A stretch of 64,000 bases of DNA, taken from contig WRED01000003.1 of NCBI GenBank assembly GCA_009779495.1, positions 8,459-72,458 of the forward strand. Direction: 5' to 3'. This DNA is from Oscillospiraceae bacterium (GTDB lineage: Bacteria > Bacillota > Clostridia > Oscillospirales > Acutalibacteraceae). Of the stretch, positions 35,143 through 43,358 are shown in pieces. Made by a program: the position numbers and the translations under genes. How positions within the stretch are numbered: the stretch's first letter is position 1; every line of letters starts with the position of its first letter. Below the pieces are notes generated by a model. It saw only the letters and a program-made list of their open reading frames with translations, searched no databases and was not told the DNA's origin.

Positions 35143-36607
35143 ACTGTTCTTCCGTCACATTCAAAAATTTTCTATACGCGGTTTCCCACGCCGCCGTCTC
35201 CTCCGGCGCATATTCCGTAACCGTCTCGCTTCTTGCAATAATCCGCCTTGCCTCCGCCACATCCTTTATCTCCCCCGCCGCCATCAGCTGCACCGCGATA
35301 TTCCCCAGCACCGTCGCCTCAATAGGCCCGGCTTTCACCGTCCGCTCGCAGGAATTCGCCGTCATCTGGCACAGCAGCGTGTCCTTCGTCCCGCCGCCGA
35401 TGACATGGATCACGCTATAGTCCCGCCCCGTGCAGTCCCTGATCTTCTCAAACGTCCGGCGGTACTTCATGGCCAGGCTCTCGTATATGCAGCGCATGAC
35501 TTCACCCACGGTCCGCGGCACATACTGCCCCGTCCGTTCACAGTATTCCCTCACGCGCGCCGGGATATTTCCGTGGGGAACAAACTCCGGCGCGTCGGGG
35601 TCAATGAAGCAGGCAAAGGGCTTTTCCGAAAGCGCGAGCCGCTCAAGCTCGGCGTAGCTGTACGGCGCTCCTTCGCGCGCCCACTGGCGGCGGCTCTCCT
35701 GAATGAGCCACAGCCCGATGATGTTCTTCAAAAAGCCCACCGAATAGCCGTAGCCGCCCTCGTTCGTCACGTTCATTTCGAGGGACGTTTCGCTGATGAT
35801 CGGCTCTAAAAGCTCCGTGCCGAACAGCGACCACGTGCCGCTGCTGATGAACGCGAAATCTCCCTGCGGACAGGGCACCGCCGTGATGGCCGACTGCGTG
35901 TCGTGCCCGCACACGGCGACGACATTCACGGGAGGCACGGCGCATTCCTCGCACACCTCGAGACTCAGCTTCCCCGTCACCGTGCCCGGCGGCGTGATCT
36001 CCGTAAAGAGCCGCCTTGGAATCTCCAGCGCGTTTAATATGTCCTCCGACCATGACCGCGTATGTATGTCAATAAGCTGCGAGGTCGTGGCGATGGAGTA
36101 TTCCGTGGCCTTGACTCCCGTCAGGAAATACGCCAGCAGGTCGGGCATAAGCAGCAGCGTGTCCGCCCGCTCCAGCAACTCCGGCCTCTGGCGCCTGAGC
36201 GAAAGCAGCTGGAACGCCGTATTCAGCTCCATAAACTGTATGCCTGTTTTTTGGTAGAATTCCTCGCGCCTGATAAGCTTAAACGCCTCGTCAACCATGC
36301 CGCGCGTCCTCGCGTCCCGGTAGTGCACGGGGTTTTCCAACAGCTTCCCCTGCCCGTCCAGCAGCCCGAAGTCCACGCCCCATGTGTCGATCCCAACAGA
36401 GCCGAATCCGCCGGACTCCTGCGCCTTGATGAGTCCCTGCTTGATCTCAAACAGCAGGCGAAGCACGTCCCAATAGACCGTGCCGCCAATGCTGACGGGG
36501 TCGTTTGAGAACCTGTGAACCTCGCTGAGCGTAATTTTTTCGCCGTCAAATTGACCGATGATCGCCCGGCCGCTTGACGCGCCGAAGTCGAACGCCAGTA
36601 CGCGCAT
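35135..36607 (-). CDS. FGGY-family sugar kinase (rhamnulokinase / L-fuculokinase-like)
   Basis: MRVLAFDFGASSGRAI N-terminus, located between fucU and fucI. ATG at 36607 follows AAGAGGTG. Confidence 0.85.
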   Translation of the reverse strand: MRVLAFDFGASSGRAIIGQFDGEKITLSEVHRFSNDPVSIGGTVYWDVLRLLFEIKQGLIKAQESGGFGSVGIDTWGVDFGLLDGQGKLLENPVHYRDARTRGMVDEAFKLIRREEFYQKTGIQFMELNTAFQLLSLRRQRPELLERADTLLLMPDLLAYFLTGVKATEYSIATTSQLIDIHTRSWSEDILNALEIPRRLFTEITPPGTVTGKLSLEVCEECAVPPVNVVAVCGHDTQSAITAVPCPQGDFAFISSGTWSLFGTELLEPIISETSLEMNVTNEGGYGYSVGFLKNIIGLWLIQESRRQWAREGAPYSYAELERLALSEKPFACFIDPDAPEFVPHGNIPARVREYCERTGQYVPRTVGEVMRCIYESLAMKYRRTFEKIRDCTGRDYSVIHVIGGGTKDTLLCQMTANSCERTVKAGPIEATVLGNIAVQLMAAGEIKDVAEARRIIARSETVTEYAPEETAAWETAYRKFLNVTEEQLN

Positions 36608-36635
36608 AAAAGCACCTCTTTTCAAGTTGCAATTT

Positions 36636-37055
36636 CTACACAACGCCTTTTTTCAGGATGATATTCGCGTAAATCGCCGTTTCGCCCGTTGCCACCACGG
36701 CGTAGGCGTTTTTCGCCCGCTCGTAAAACGCGAAACGCTCCACAAGCTCTATCTTTTTTTCGCCCTCGCGGGCCTTGATGATCTCCTCGTATCTGGCCCA
36801 TATCGCGGGGCGCTCCCCGTCGCCGCCATTGTCCATCAGCGCGGCCGGCGCGTCCACATACGTGTCAAGGGGCATGAGCGCGAGCACGGCGTCCAGAATC
36901 GCGGGCACGCCGTGGCCGTCCGCGCGGACAAGCCGTTTCGCCACCGACGACGCCGGAAAATTGCCGTCGCCTATCACAAGCTCGTCGCCGTGCCCCATCT
37001 CCATGAGTATTTTGAGCAGCTCCGGGGACAGAACGGGGGAAATGTTTTTCAGCAT
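36636..37055 (-). CDS. fucU: L-fucose mutarotase (RbsD/FucU family)
   Basis: MLKNISPVLSPELLKILMEMGHGDELVIGDGNFP. ATG at 37055 lies 8 nt after AAGGA. Confidence 0.85.
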   Translation of the reverse strand: MLKNISPVLSPELLKILMEMGHGDELVIGDGNFPASSVAKRLVRADGHGVPAILDAVLALMPLDTYVDAPAALMDNGGDGERPAIWARYEEIIKAREGEKKIELVERFAFYERAKNAYAVVATGETAIYANIILKKGVV

Positions 37056-37088
37056 GATGATCATCCTTACATGATTATTATTCCGGAT

Positions 37089-38363
37089 TCATGATTGCCC
37101 GGATTTTGATTTCACCTTCTTATAAATCAACCCGGCCAATAAAATCCCGCAAACCCCAAGTGCCGCGCCGACCGCCGCGCCGAAAATCACGTCCGTAGCG
37201 TAGTGCACGTGCAGGTAGATCCGCGAAAACCCGATCAGCGCGGCTAAAACAAACGCCGGTATGTACGCGCGTTTTTTCTTCGTCGCCAAAAGCGCCGTGG
37301 CCGCCGCGAAGGAGCTTGACGTGTGCCCCGACGGGAACGCGAAGCTGCCCGGGCGCGAGATAATTTCCGGGTACACGAACCAGTCCCGCCACTGCTCCAG
37401 GTCAAACGGCCTCGGGCGCGCGATCAGGTTTTTCAGCAGAAGGTCGTTCATCAGCAGCATGAAAATCAGGGCGAAAGCCACGGCCAGCCCGTATTTCCGC
37501 GTCTTTTTGAAGATGAGCAGCGCAACGGCCAATGCGATCCAGATCGCGCCGCTGTCGCCCAAATGCGTGATGAACGTCAGCACGGGCGTCAGTACGCGCT
37601 CGATCCCGCCGCCGAAAAAGATCCTCTCGATGAACTCGAACACCGCGCGGTCAAAGCCTAAGAATAAAACAAAGTCCCTGTTGTTCAATATCATGATAAC
37701 CAGCACGCACGCCGCGGTGATCGCCGCCGAAAACACCGCCACCGCGACTGTCGCCGAACGGTTTTTGCCCTCAGCTTCAGTCGGCTTCGGCATGAGCCTC
37801 GCGCCGCGCAGGGCGCGTACCACAGGCTTGTAGAGAATCAGCGTGCCCGCCGTGTTCAGCAGGCTCTTGATCGCGTTGAAAGGCAAAAACGCCGGAATCA
37901 GCATACCCGCGACCGCGGCCCTGGGTACGCCCATGTAGATCGGCGTGATCAGGTAGTTCCACAAAAGCATCGCGCCCGTCATCAGCGCGGCGCCGCAGAG
38001 CAGGCCAAAAACCGCCCGCTTCGCCGTCTTTTTGCGCGGGTAAATAATCGACACGGGCAGGATGAACGCGCAGGTTGACAGTATGTTCATCGTCATTCCG
38101 ATAGCGCCGGTCGAACTGATCGTCACCATCTCTATGAGCGACACCACCGCCGACATGATAAACGCCGGAACGGGGCCGAACAGAAGCGCGCCGAAAGCCA
38201 GCACGATGTCCTTGGGGTCGTACTTGAGAAACGGCACGGCCGGGAGCATCGGCGGCATCACGTGGTGCGACACGAACACAAAGGCATACGCCGCCGCGCA
38301 CAGCATCGCGCACGTTACGAGGGTCTGGGTGGAAAGCTTGGTTGATCTCTGGTTTTGATTCAT
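37089..38363 (-). CDS. fusion protein: ECF-transporter S component (RibU-like) N-terminal half plus PAP2 acid phosphatase C-terminal half
   Basis: Residues 1-190 form a six-helix S-component-like region. Residues 230-424 carry all three PAP2 motifs: KNLIARPRP, PSGHTS and SRIYLHVHYATD. Confidence 0.7.
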   Translation of the reverse strand: MNQNQRSTKLSTQTLVTCAMLCAAAYAFVFVSHHVMPPMLPAVPFLKYDPKDIVLAFGALLFGPVPAFIMSAVVSLIEMVTISSTGAIGMTMNILSTCAFILPVSIIYPRKKTAKRAVFGLLCGAALMTGAMLLWNYLITPIYMGVPRAAVAGMLIPAFLPFNAIKSLLNTAGTLILYKPVVRALRGARLMPKPTEAEGKNRSATVAVAVFSAAITAACVLVIMILNNRDFVLFLGFDRAVFEFIERIFFGGGIERVLTPVLTFITHLGDSGAIWIALAVALLIFKKTRKYGLAVAFALIFMLLMNDLLLKNLIARPRPFDLEQWRDWFVYPEIISRPGSFAFPSGHTSSSFAAATALLATKKKRAYIPAFVLAALIGFSRIYLHVHYATDVIFGAAVGAALGVCGILLAGLIYKKVKSKSGQS

Positions 38364-38406
38364 TTTTGTTTTTCCTTTCGCGATTTATAACTTGTATCTT
38401 GTAGCT

Positions 38407-38571
38407 AGGTAACCGCTGATTAAATTGGGGACGTCATATTGCCGAGAGATTTTTTCGTCAGATTGTCTGAAGTTTTGCGGATAATACTGACGTATATCAA
38501 GAAATTTCGGGCGATCTGACGGAAAAATATCCGGCAAGACGGCGGGCATCCGATCTAATCAGTGGGTTACC
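38407..38571 (+). repeat. class A palindromic element (about 165 bp), copy 2
   Basis: GGTAACCGCTGATTAAATTGGGG ... CCGATCTAATCAGTGGGTTACC. Same orientation and internal sequence as 14292-14453. Confidence 0.8.
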
Positions 38572-38577
38572 TTGCCG

Positions 38578-39453
38578 CTAGAACATAAACATAACCGTCG
38601 CCGCAACGGCCAAAGCGACCTCTATGACAACAGGCTTGCTCAGTTTCTCCTTGAACATGATCCGCCCGCACAGCGCGGAAAAAATGATCGTCCCGCCCGT
38701 GACGATGGGGAACATCACCGACGCGCTGACGCTCTTTGCGCTGGATATGACGCAAAGCCCGCATACGCCGCTAAACAGCGCGAAGCCTGCCGAATAAAGT
38801 ACGCTCCCGCCGTCCTTTTTCAGCGGCTCTCCCCTGCCCTTTTTCATCGTGACGAGCAGTGATACGGCCGCCGCCGCGATCTCAAAAAGGTATATCATGA
38901 GCATCAGGCTGTATGTATTGACCGCGTTTTCGCCGATCTGGTGCAGCTTGCTCACGCAGGAATAGCTGCCGTTGATAAAAAACAGCAGCACGCACAACAG
39001 GTAAAACAGCGCGGAGCCTTTCTTTCCGCCGCCTTTCGGTCCTATCGCCGGGATGATCAGCGCGAGAACAATGAGCGCCGCGCCCGCAACCTTAAACACG
39101 TTCAGCCTTTCGTCCAAAAACAAGACTCCCATGACAAACGGCAGAAACATGCCGCCCAGCATCATAAACAGCGTGTAGACGGACAGCGGCCCCAAGTGCA
39201 TCGTTTTCATGCCGAGCACGTTGACAAGCATGATGCCAAGCGCCATAAAAACCGCCATCACGCAGGAAAACGGCGTGAAGTCAAGCCGGAACCTGTTCAG
39301 CGTAAACATCAGCGCCGCGCCGAAGGCCGCGCTGATCAGCGTGAACAGCATCGCCGCGCGGAACGACTGCCCCGCGTGTTTTTCGTACCTCTTTGTAACC
39401 GTGAACTGCAACGAGCACATCAGCGCCCCGAACAGCAAAATCAAATAGTGCAA
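38578..39453 (-). CDS. EamA/DMT-superfamily-like transporter
   Basis: 291 aa with about 10 TM helices arranged as two similar halves. Confidence 0.6.
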   Translation of the reverse strand: MHYLILLFGALMCSLQFTVTKRYEKHAGQSFRAAMLFTLISAAFGAALMFTLNRFRLDFTPFSCVMAVFMALGIMLVNVLGMKTMHLGPLSVYTLFMMLGGMFLPFVMGVLFLDERLNVFKVAGAALIVLALIIPAIGPKGGGKKGSALFYLLCVLLFFINGSYSCVSKLHQIGENAVNTYSLMLMIYLFEIAAAAVSLLVTMKKGRGEPLKKDGGSVLYSAGFALFSGVCGLCVISSAKSVSASVMFPIVTGGTIIFSALCGRIMFKEKLSKPVVIEVALAVAATVMFMF

Positions 39454-39456
39454 ACT

Positions 39457-40629
39457 TTAATCCTCCGTACTTTCATTCACTTGTTTACCCGATCTTCCGT
39501 GATATACCGCACCCGCTACCGCAAGTAACGGCCCTTTTACAAACATTATCACCCACAGAATTATGCAGAAAATGCATAAAGTAATATCGTACGTGAGCAT
39601 ATGCTTCACACGCCTCCAGCCTACGTTTTGCCACGCCGTCATGATGAGAACCACCGCCAGCGCGGGAAGCGGTATCCTTGCGGTTATGGGCTTCATCGCC
39701 GCGAAAAGTACAAGCGTCAGCCCCGCTCCGACCGCGCCCGAAAGCGGACTCCACCGCTCCGTGTTGACGGCCACGGGAACCCCGCCCAGCGCGCCGCTGA
39801 GAATGTTGCCTATTCCCGCCGCAAGTCCCGCTCTTTTGCCGCCCGATCCGTCCTCGATCAGGTACGACGTCAGCATACCCGCAAACACTAAAGCTATGAT
39901 TACCGCATACACGATTCCATAAAAAAGCGAAATCCGAAAATCCGGGAACAGCGCGTTTTGCAACAGCGAACCCGCCGCAAACGAATACGCCCCCGCCTCG
40001 CTTATGGCCGTAGTTTCGGCGGCGGGATTCAGAAAGAGGTTCAAAACAAGCGTCACCGCCACGGCGATGAACGACGCCGGAAGCTTCTTCGACAGCGACT
40101 TGAATTTCTTCGGGAATGTGATCATGACCACCAGCACAATCGTGCCGTACAGTACGCCGCGCCAGTTCGGGTGAAAGCCCAGCGAGAGATAACTGCGTAT
40201 CATCGTCAGCGCATCATCCCCGGACGCCCCGATGCCGAAGTAGTTGTTCGTCTGCATGGCCGTCACCAAAAACGCCGCCGCCGCGCCGAGTCCCGCCGTT
40301 TCCGGCGTGACCAGAACTTTTTTCAGCCTTTCGGCCGGGGCAAACGCGAGCACCGTCGTAATGACCCCCGCCGCGCAAACGGACGCCATGGCAAGCCCCG
40401 TGCCGCTGACCGCCTGCGCCGACGAGAATATGATAAAAAGGTAAACCGCCTGCGGCGACATGCCGCCCGAGAACGCGCCCAGCGCCGACGCTATGGCCGC
40501 GCCGATCATGCCCGAATTCATCCCCGCGCCGGTACACGCGCCCATGGCGGCGTACAGCGGGAAAACGAACAGCGCCGAGGTCACGCCGGGCATAACCGCC
40601 TGTGAGATTTTCTCTCCTTTATTTTTCAC
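39457..40629 (-). CDS. SulP-family-like anion permease without a STAS domain
   Basis: Polytopic, Gly/Ala-rich helices (AGIGNILSGALGGVPVAVNTERW). The start is uncertain: GTG at 40629 or ATG at 40593. The ORF-track N-terminus (to 40758) is a translation of a class B repeat copy. Confidence 0.55.
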   Translation of the reverse strand: MKNKGEKISQAVMPGVTSALFVFPLYAAMGACTGAGMNSGMIGAAIASALGAFSGGMSPQAVYLFIIFSSAQAVSGTGLAMASVCAAGVITTVLAFAPAERLKKVLVTPETAGLGAAAAFLVTAMQTNNYFGIGASGDDALTMIRSYLSLGFHPNWRGVLYGTIVLVVMITFPKKFKSLSKKLPASFIAVAVTLVLNLFLNPAAETTAISEAGAYSFAAGSLLQNALFPDFRISLFYGIVYAVIIALVFAGMLTSYLIEDGSGGKRAGLAAGIGNILSGALGGVPVAVNTERWSPLSGAVGAGLTLVLFAAMKPITARIPLPALAVVLIMTAWQNVGWRRVKHMLTYDITLCIFCIILWVIMFVKGPLLAVAGAVYHGRSGKQVNESTED

Positions 40630-40654
40630 ACTACCATGCCTTTCGCAGTACGCG

Positions 40655-40753
40655 GAAGTTTTGGGCGTTCCGCTTGCGGATTTGCGCCGTTCTATTTGGC
40701 GCAAAAGCACAAAACTTCCCGTTTGAAATAAAATCAAAAATTTTATTTCAAAC
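40655..40753 (-). repeat. class B repeat module, diverged copy E
   Basis: Contains GTTTGAAATAAAATC..TTTTATTTCAAAC (40721-40753) and the 10-bp inverted repeat GGAAGTTTTG / CAAAACTTCC. The string AAGCACAAAACTT is shared with copy D. Confidence 0.55.
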
Positions 40754-40891
40754 TTCATGCACCTATTCTACATTAAAATAAAAAAATTAACAAGACTATT
40801 TTAGTATTTTTTGTATACAAACATACATTGTTGTGATAGACTATGAAAGAATATCTTAACTTTAGTCACATGAAAGGCTTGATAAACAGGG

Positions 40892-41881
40892 ATGGCAAAA
40901 AAAATAGCGACTTGGATCGCCGTGCCCGCGATGATTCTGATTTTCGTTTTGGACATTATGACAGTGGCCTTGGGCAACCGTTATGTCGCGGCCGTCAGCG
41001 TTTCGCCCGAATTGTTTAACGAAAAAAACGGCGGCGACCGTATCCACTTCCTCAACACGTCCAATTCCGACGCGATCCTCATTGAAAGCAACGGGCGGTT
41101 CGCTATGATAGATTCCGGGGAGGGCAGCGAAAATCCCCGGCGCGACCCCGGCTATTACGGCTTTGAGGAGACTGTTTTGAGCTACCTAAAAAAGGCGGCG
41201 GGCGATGAAAACGGAAGAGTGCATCTGGATTTCATTTTACTCACGCACTATCATTATGATCACTCGGGCTGCCTCCATGCGATTTTGACCGACGACAGCA
41301 TAACCGTCGGCACGGTATACATGAAGCCCTACGACCCGTCTTTCGGCAAGAGCTATGAGCCTCATCGCTGGGGGCTGATCTCCATATACGAGCAGCTCGT
41401 CAGGGACGTCCGGGCCCGGGGGCTTGATCCTGTTGGCGTTTTGCCGAACGAGCCGTTTCCGTTCGGCAGCTTTACTTTGCAGTTTTACAACACCGTCACA
41501 CCGGAAACGCGGAAAAACAGCGGCGAAAATCTGACCTGCGTCGGCGTCAAGGTGACAAAGGGCGGACAGTCGGCGTTTTTGGCGTCGGACATCACCGCGA
41601 CCTCCGGCAGCGAGCAGGCGGTCAGGGGGCAGATCGGCGAGGTGACTCTTCTGAAAATCGCGCACCACGGCTACTACGGCTCGTCCACGGCAGGGTTTCT
41701 GCGCGAGCTTAAACCGAAGCTCGCCATTGTCACGAACGCTTTGGGAAAAATCTATCCGAACGTCAAGTGGAACCTCACGATGATCGCGCGGACGCCCGTT
41801 TTTTCCACGCACAACAGCGACGGGATCATCGCGTCGTTCACGGATGACGGAATGATTGTGCTGACAGACCACATCCACTAA
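40892..41881 (+). CDS. membrane-anchored MBL-fold metallo-hydrolase
   Basis: LLTHYHYDHSG (HxHxDH) motif and an N-terminal TM helix. Confidence 0.75.
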   Translation: MAKKIATWIAVPAMILIFVLDIMTVALGNRYVAAVSVSPELFNEKNGGDRIHFLNTSNSDAILIESNGRFAMIDSGEGSENPRRDPGYYGFEETVLSYLKKAAGDENGRVHLDFILLTHYHYDHSGCLHAILTDDSITVGTVYMKPYDPSFGKSYEPHRWGLISIYEQLVRDVRARGLDPVGVLPNEPFPFGSFTLQFYNTVTPETRKNSGENLTCVGVKVTKGGQSAFLASDITATSGSEQAVRGQIGEVTLLKIAHHGYYGSSTAGFLRELKPKLAIVTNALGKIYPNVKWNLTMIARTPVFSTHNSDGIIASFTDDGMIVLTDHIH

Positions 41882-41883
41882 GC

Positions 41884-42735
41884 TTACTTACCGTACTTCG
41901 TCAGCGGCCTGAACGTATACCCCTGCGCAACGGCGTAGTCGATGATGTCCCCGATGGCCGCCGCGTTGTCTGGCGACACCGAATGCAGCAAAATGACCGC
42001 ACCCGGATGCAGCCGCGACGTAACGCAGTCAAAGGCGAATTCCCTGCCTTTCGTCTTTTCCGTGTCCCAGTCCTCATAGGAGCTTGACCAGAATACCGAC
42101 GTCATGCCCATAGAGTCCACAAGCTCCAGCGCGCATTCCGTATAGGTGCCCTTGGGGAAGCGGAAGTACGGCGACGAGTAGCCGTACATCTCCCGCAGAT
42201 AATTTTCACAGGCTAAAATTTCCTGCACCATCCTGTCCCGGCTGATCTCGGAAAAATCCGGGTGGCGGTCGGTGTGGTTGCCGACGATGTGCCCCTCGCG
42301 TATCATGCGCGCGATCAGCTCCGGCTCCGACTTCATGTGGAACAGCGTGCAGAAAAACGCCGCCGGGATATTTCTCTCTTTCAGCGCGTCCATGATGACA
42401 TGCGTGTTACCGTTTTCATAGCCGCAGTCAAACGTCAGGTACAGGACCTTTTCCTTTGTTTTATTGTCGTATGCGAAAGCCGAGTAGCCGCATTTGTCAA
42501 AATACGCCTGATTGTCCACGGATATCTGATTCGGCCTGCCGTTTTTCGGAATGCCGTAGCTGTGCTCGATTTTTTTTGTCGGCAGCCTTCTCGTATTCTC
42601 CGGGTCCGCCGCGGTAAAGCTTATCGCGGGCAGGGGCGGAAACTCAGACGGCGCGGCGCAAACCGTTGCTGCGCCTGAAAGCAGTGCGGCTGCTACCGCG
42701 GCCGTCAAAGCGATAGAAAAAAATTTTTGTTTCAT
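41884..42735 (-). CDS. polysaccharide deacetylase (NodB homology domain, PdaA-like)
   Basis: Signal peptide. LTFDCGYENGNT and GNHTDRHPDF motifs. RBS AAGGAG. Confidence 0.85.
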   Translation of the reverse strand: MKQKFFSIALTAAVAAALLSGAATVCAAPSEFPPLPAISFTAADPENTRRLPTKKIEHSYGIPKNGRPNQISVDNQAYFDKCGYSAFAYDNKTKEKVLYLTFDCGYENGNTHVIMDALKERNIPAAFFCTLFHMKSEPELIARMIREGHIVGNHTDRHPDFSEISRDRMVQEILACENYLREMYGYSSPYFRFPKGTYTECALELVDSMGMTSVFWSSSYEDWDTEKTKGREFAFDCVTSRLHPGAVILLHSVSPDNAAAIGDIIDYAVAQGYTFRPLTKYGK

Positions 42736-42790
42736 TGTAAATAATTATCTCCTTAATATTGTATCAGCGGCCATGCGACATATAGTCAAA

Positions 42791-42815
42791 TAACCGCTGA
42801 TTAAATCAGTGGTTA
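42791..42815 (+). repeat. class A mini-copy (the two termini only)
   Basis: TAACCGCTGATTAAATCAGTGGTTA. The two class A termini are joined with no interior, and the same G-T mismatch position is present as in the long copies. Confidence 0.6.
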
Positions 42816-42887
42816 CTTAAACCGCTTGAATAATATTATGCGCAAATCTGACGAAAAGCACAGTAGCAATTCACGGCGCAAAATGAA

Positions 42888-42923
42888 GAACCTGTATTCA
42901 ACACCGGCATTGAATACAGGTTC
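42888..42923. repeat. 36-nt hairpin with GAACCTGT...ACAGGTTC ends
   Basis: Perfect 14-bp stem GAACCTGTATTCAA-CACCGGCA-TTGAATACAGGTTC. Confidence 0.6.
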
Positions 42924-42967
42924 AAAAAAAAGATGCCGCAAACAAAAGTTTACAGCATCTTTTTTTG
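42923..42967. terminator. bidirectional intrinsic terminator downstream of the small secreted protein gene
   Basis: Arrangement is A8, then AGATGCCGCAAAC-AAAA-GTTTACAGCATCT, then T7. Confidence 0.75.
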
Positions 42968-42978
42968 TTAAATAAAAT

Positions 42979-43233
42979 TTACGAACCCATTGCGAGCATA
43001 CCCATAAACGCCTGAATCGTCTGAACGATCATCTGAAAAACCGAACCCCATTCAACCATCCCAAGGAAATACTTGAACAGATCCAACACTTTCATGTCGC
43101 CCTCGTTGTCGTCTTCCGCCGCCTCAGCGACGCCGTCCGCGTAAGCGGTCTCCGTCGCGCTCGCGGTCATAAGCAGCGCCGAAACGCCCATCAGCATGGC
43201 CATGCAAAGGAAAATCGCGAGAAACTTCTTCAC
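42979..43233 (-). CDS. small secreted or membrane-active protein (84 aa)
   Basis: GTG start lies about 8 nt after AAGGGGG. Signal peptide KKFLAIFLCMAMLMGVSALLMTASA, an acidic stretch, then a hydrophobic or amphipathic C-terminus. Confidence 0.45.
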   Translation of the reverse strand: MKKFLAIFLCMAMLMGVSALLMTASATETAYADGVAEAAEDDNEGDMKVLDLFKYFLGMVEWGSVFQMIVQTIQAFMGMLAMGS

Positions 43234-43358
43234 AATAAAACACCCCCTTTTGTTTTTTATTGTTTGTGAATCCATTATAATCTATCGCCGGAAGAATGTC
43301 AACCTGTAACGGCGACTTTTTTGTAACCATTTTGTAACTTTTTTGATGTGAAGCATAA

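Noticed and set aside
38364-38577. FMN or other vitamin riboswitch upstream of the ECF-S/PAP2 fusion gene.
   Set aside because: The spacer is essentially filled by the class A repeat. No FMN-element core (such as the GGGCGGGGCGAAATTCCCCACCGGCGG type of sequence) is present.
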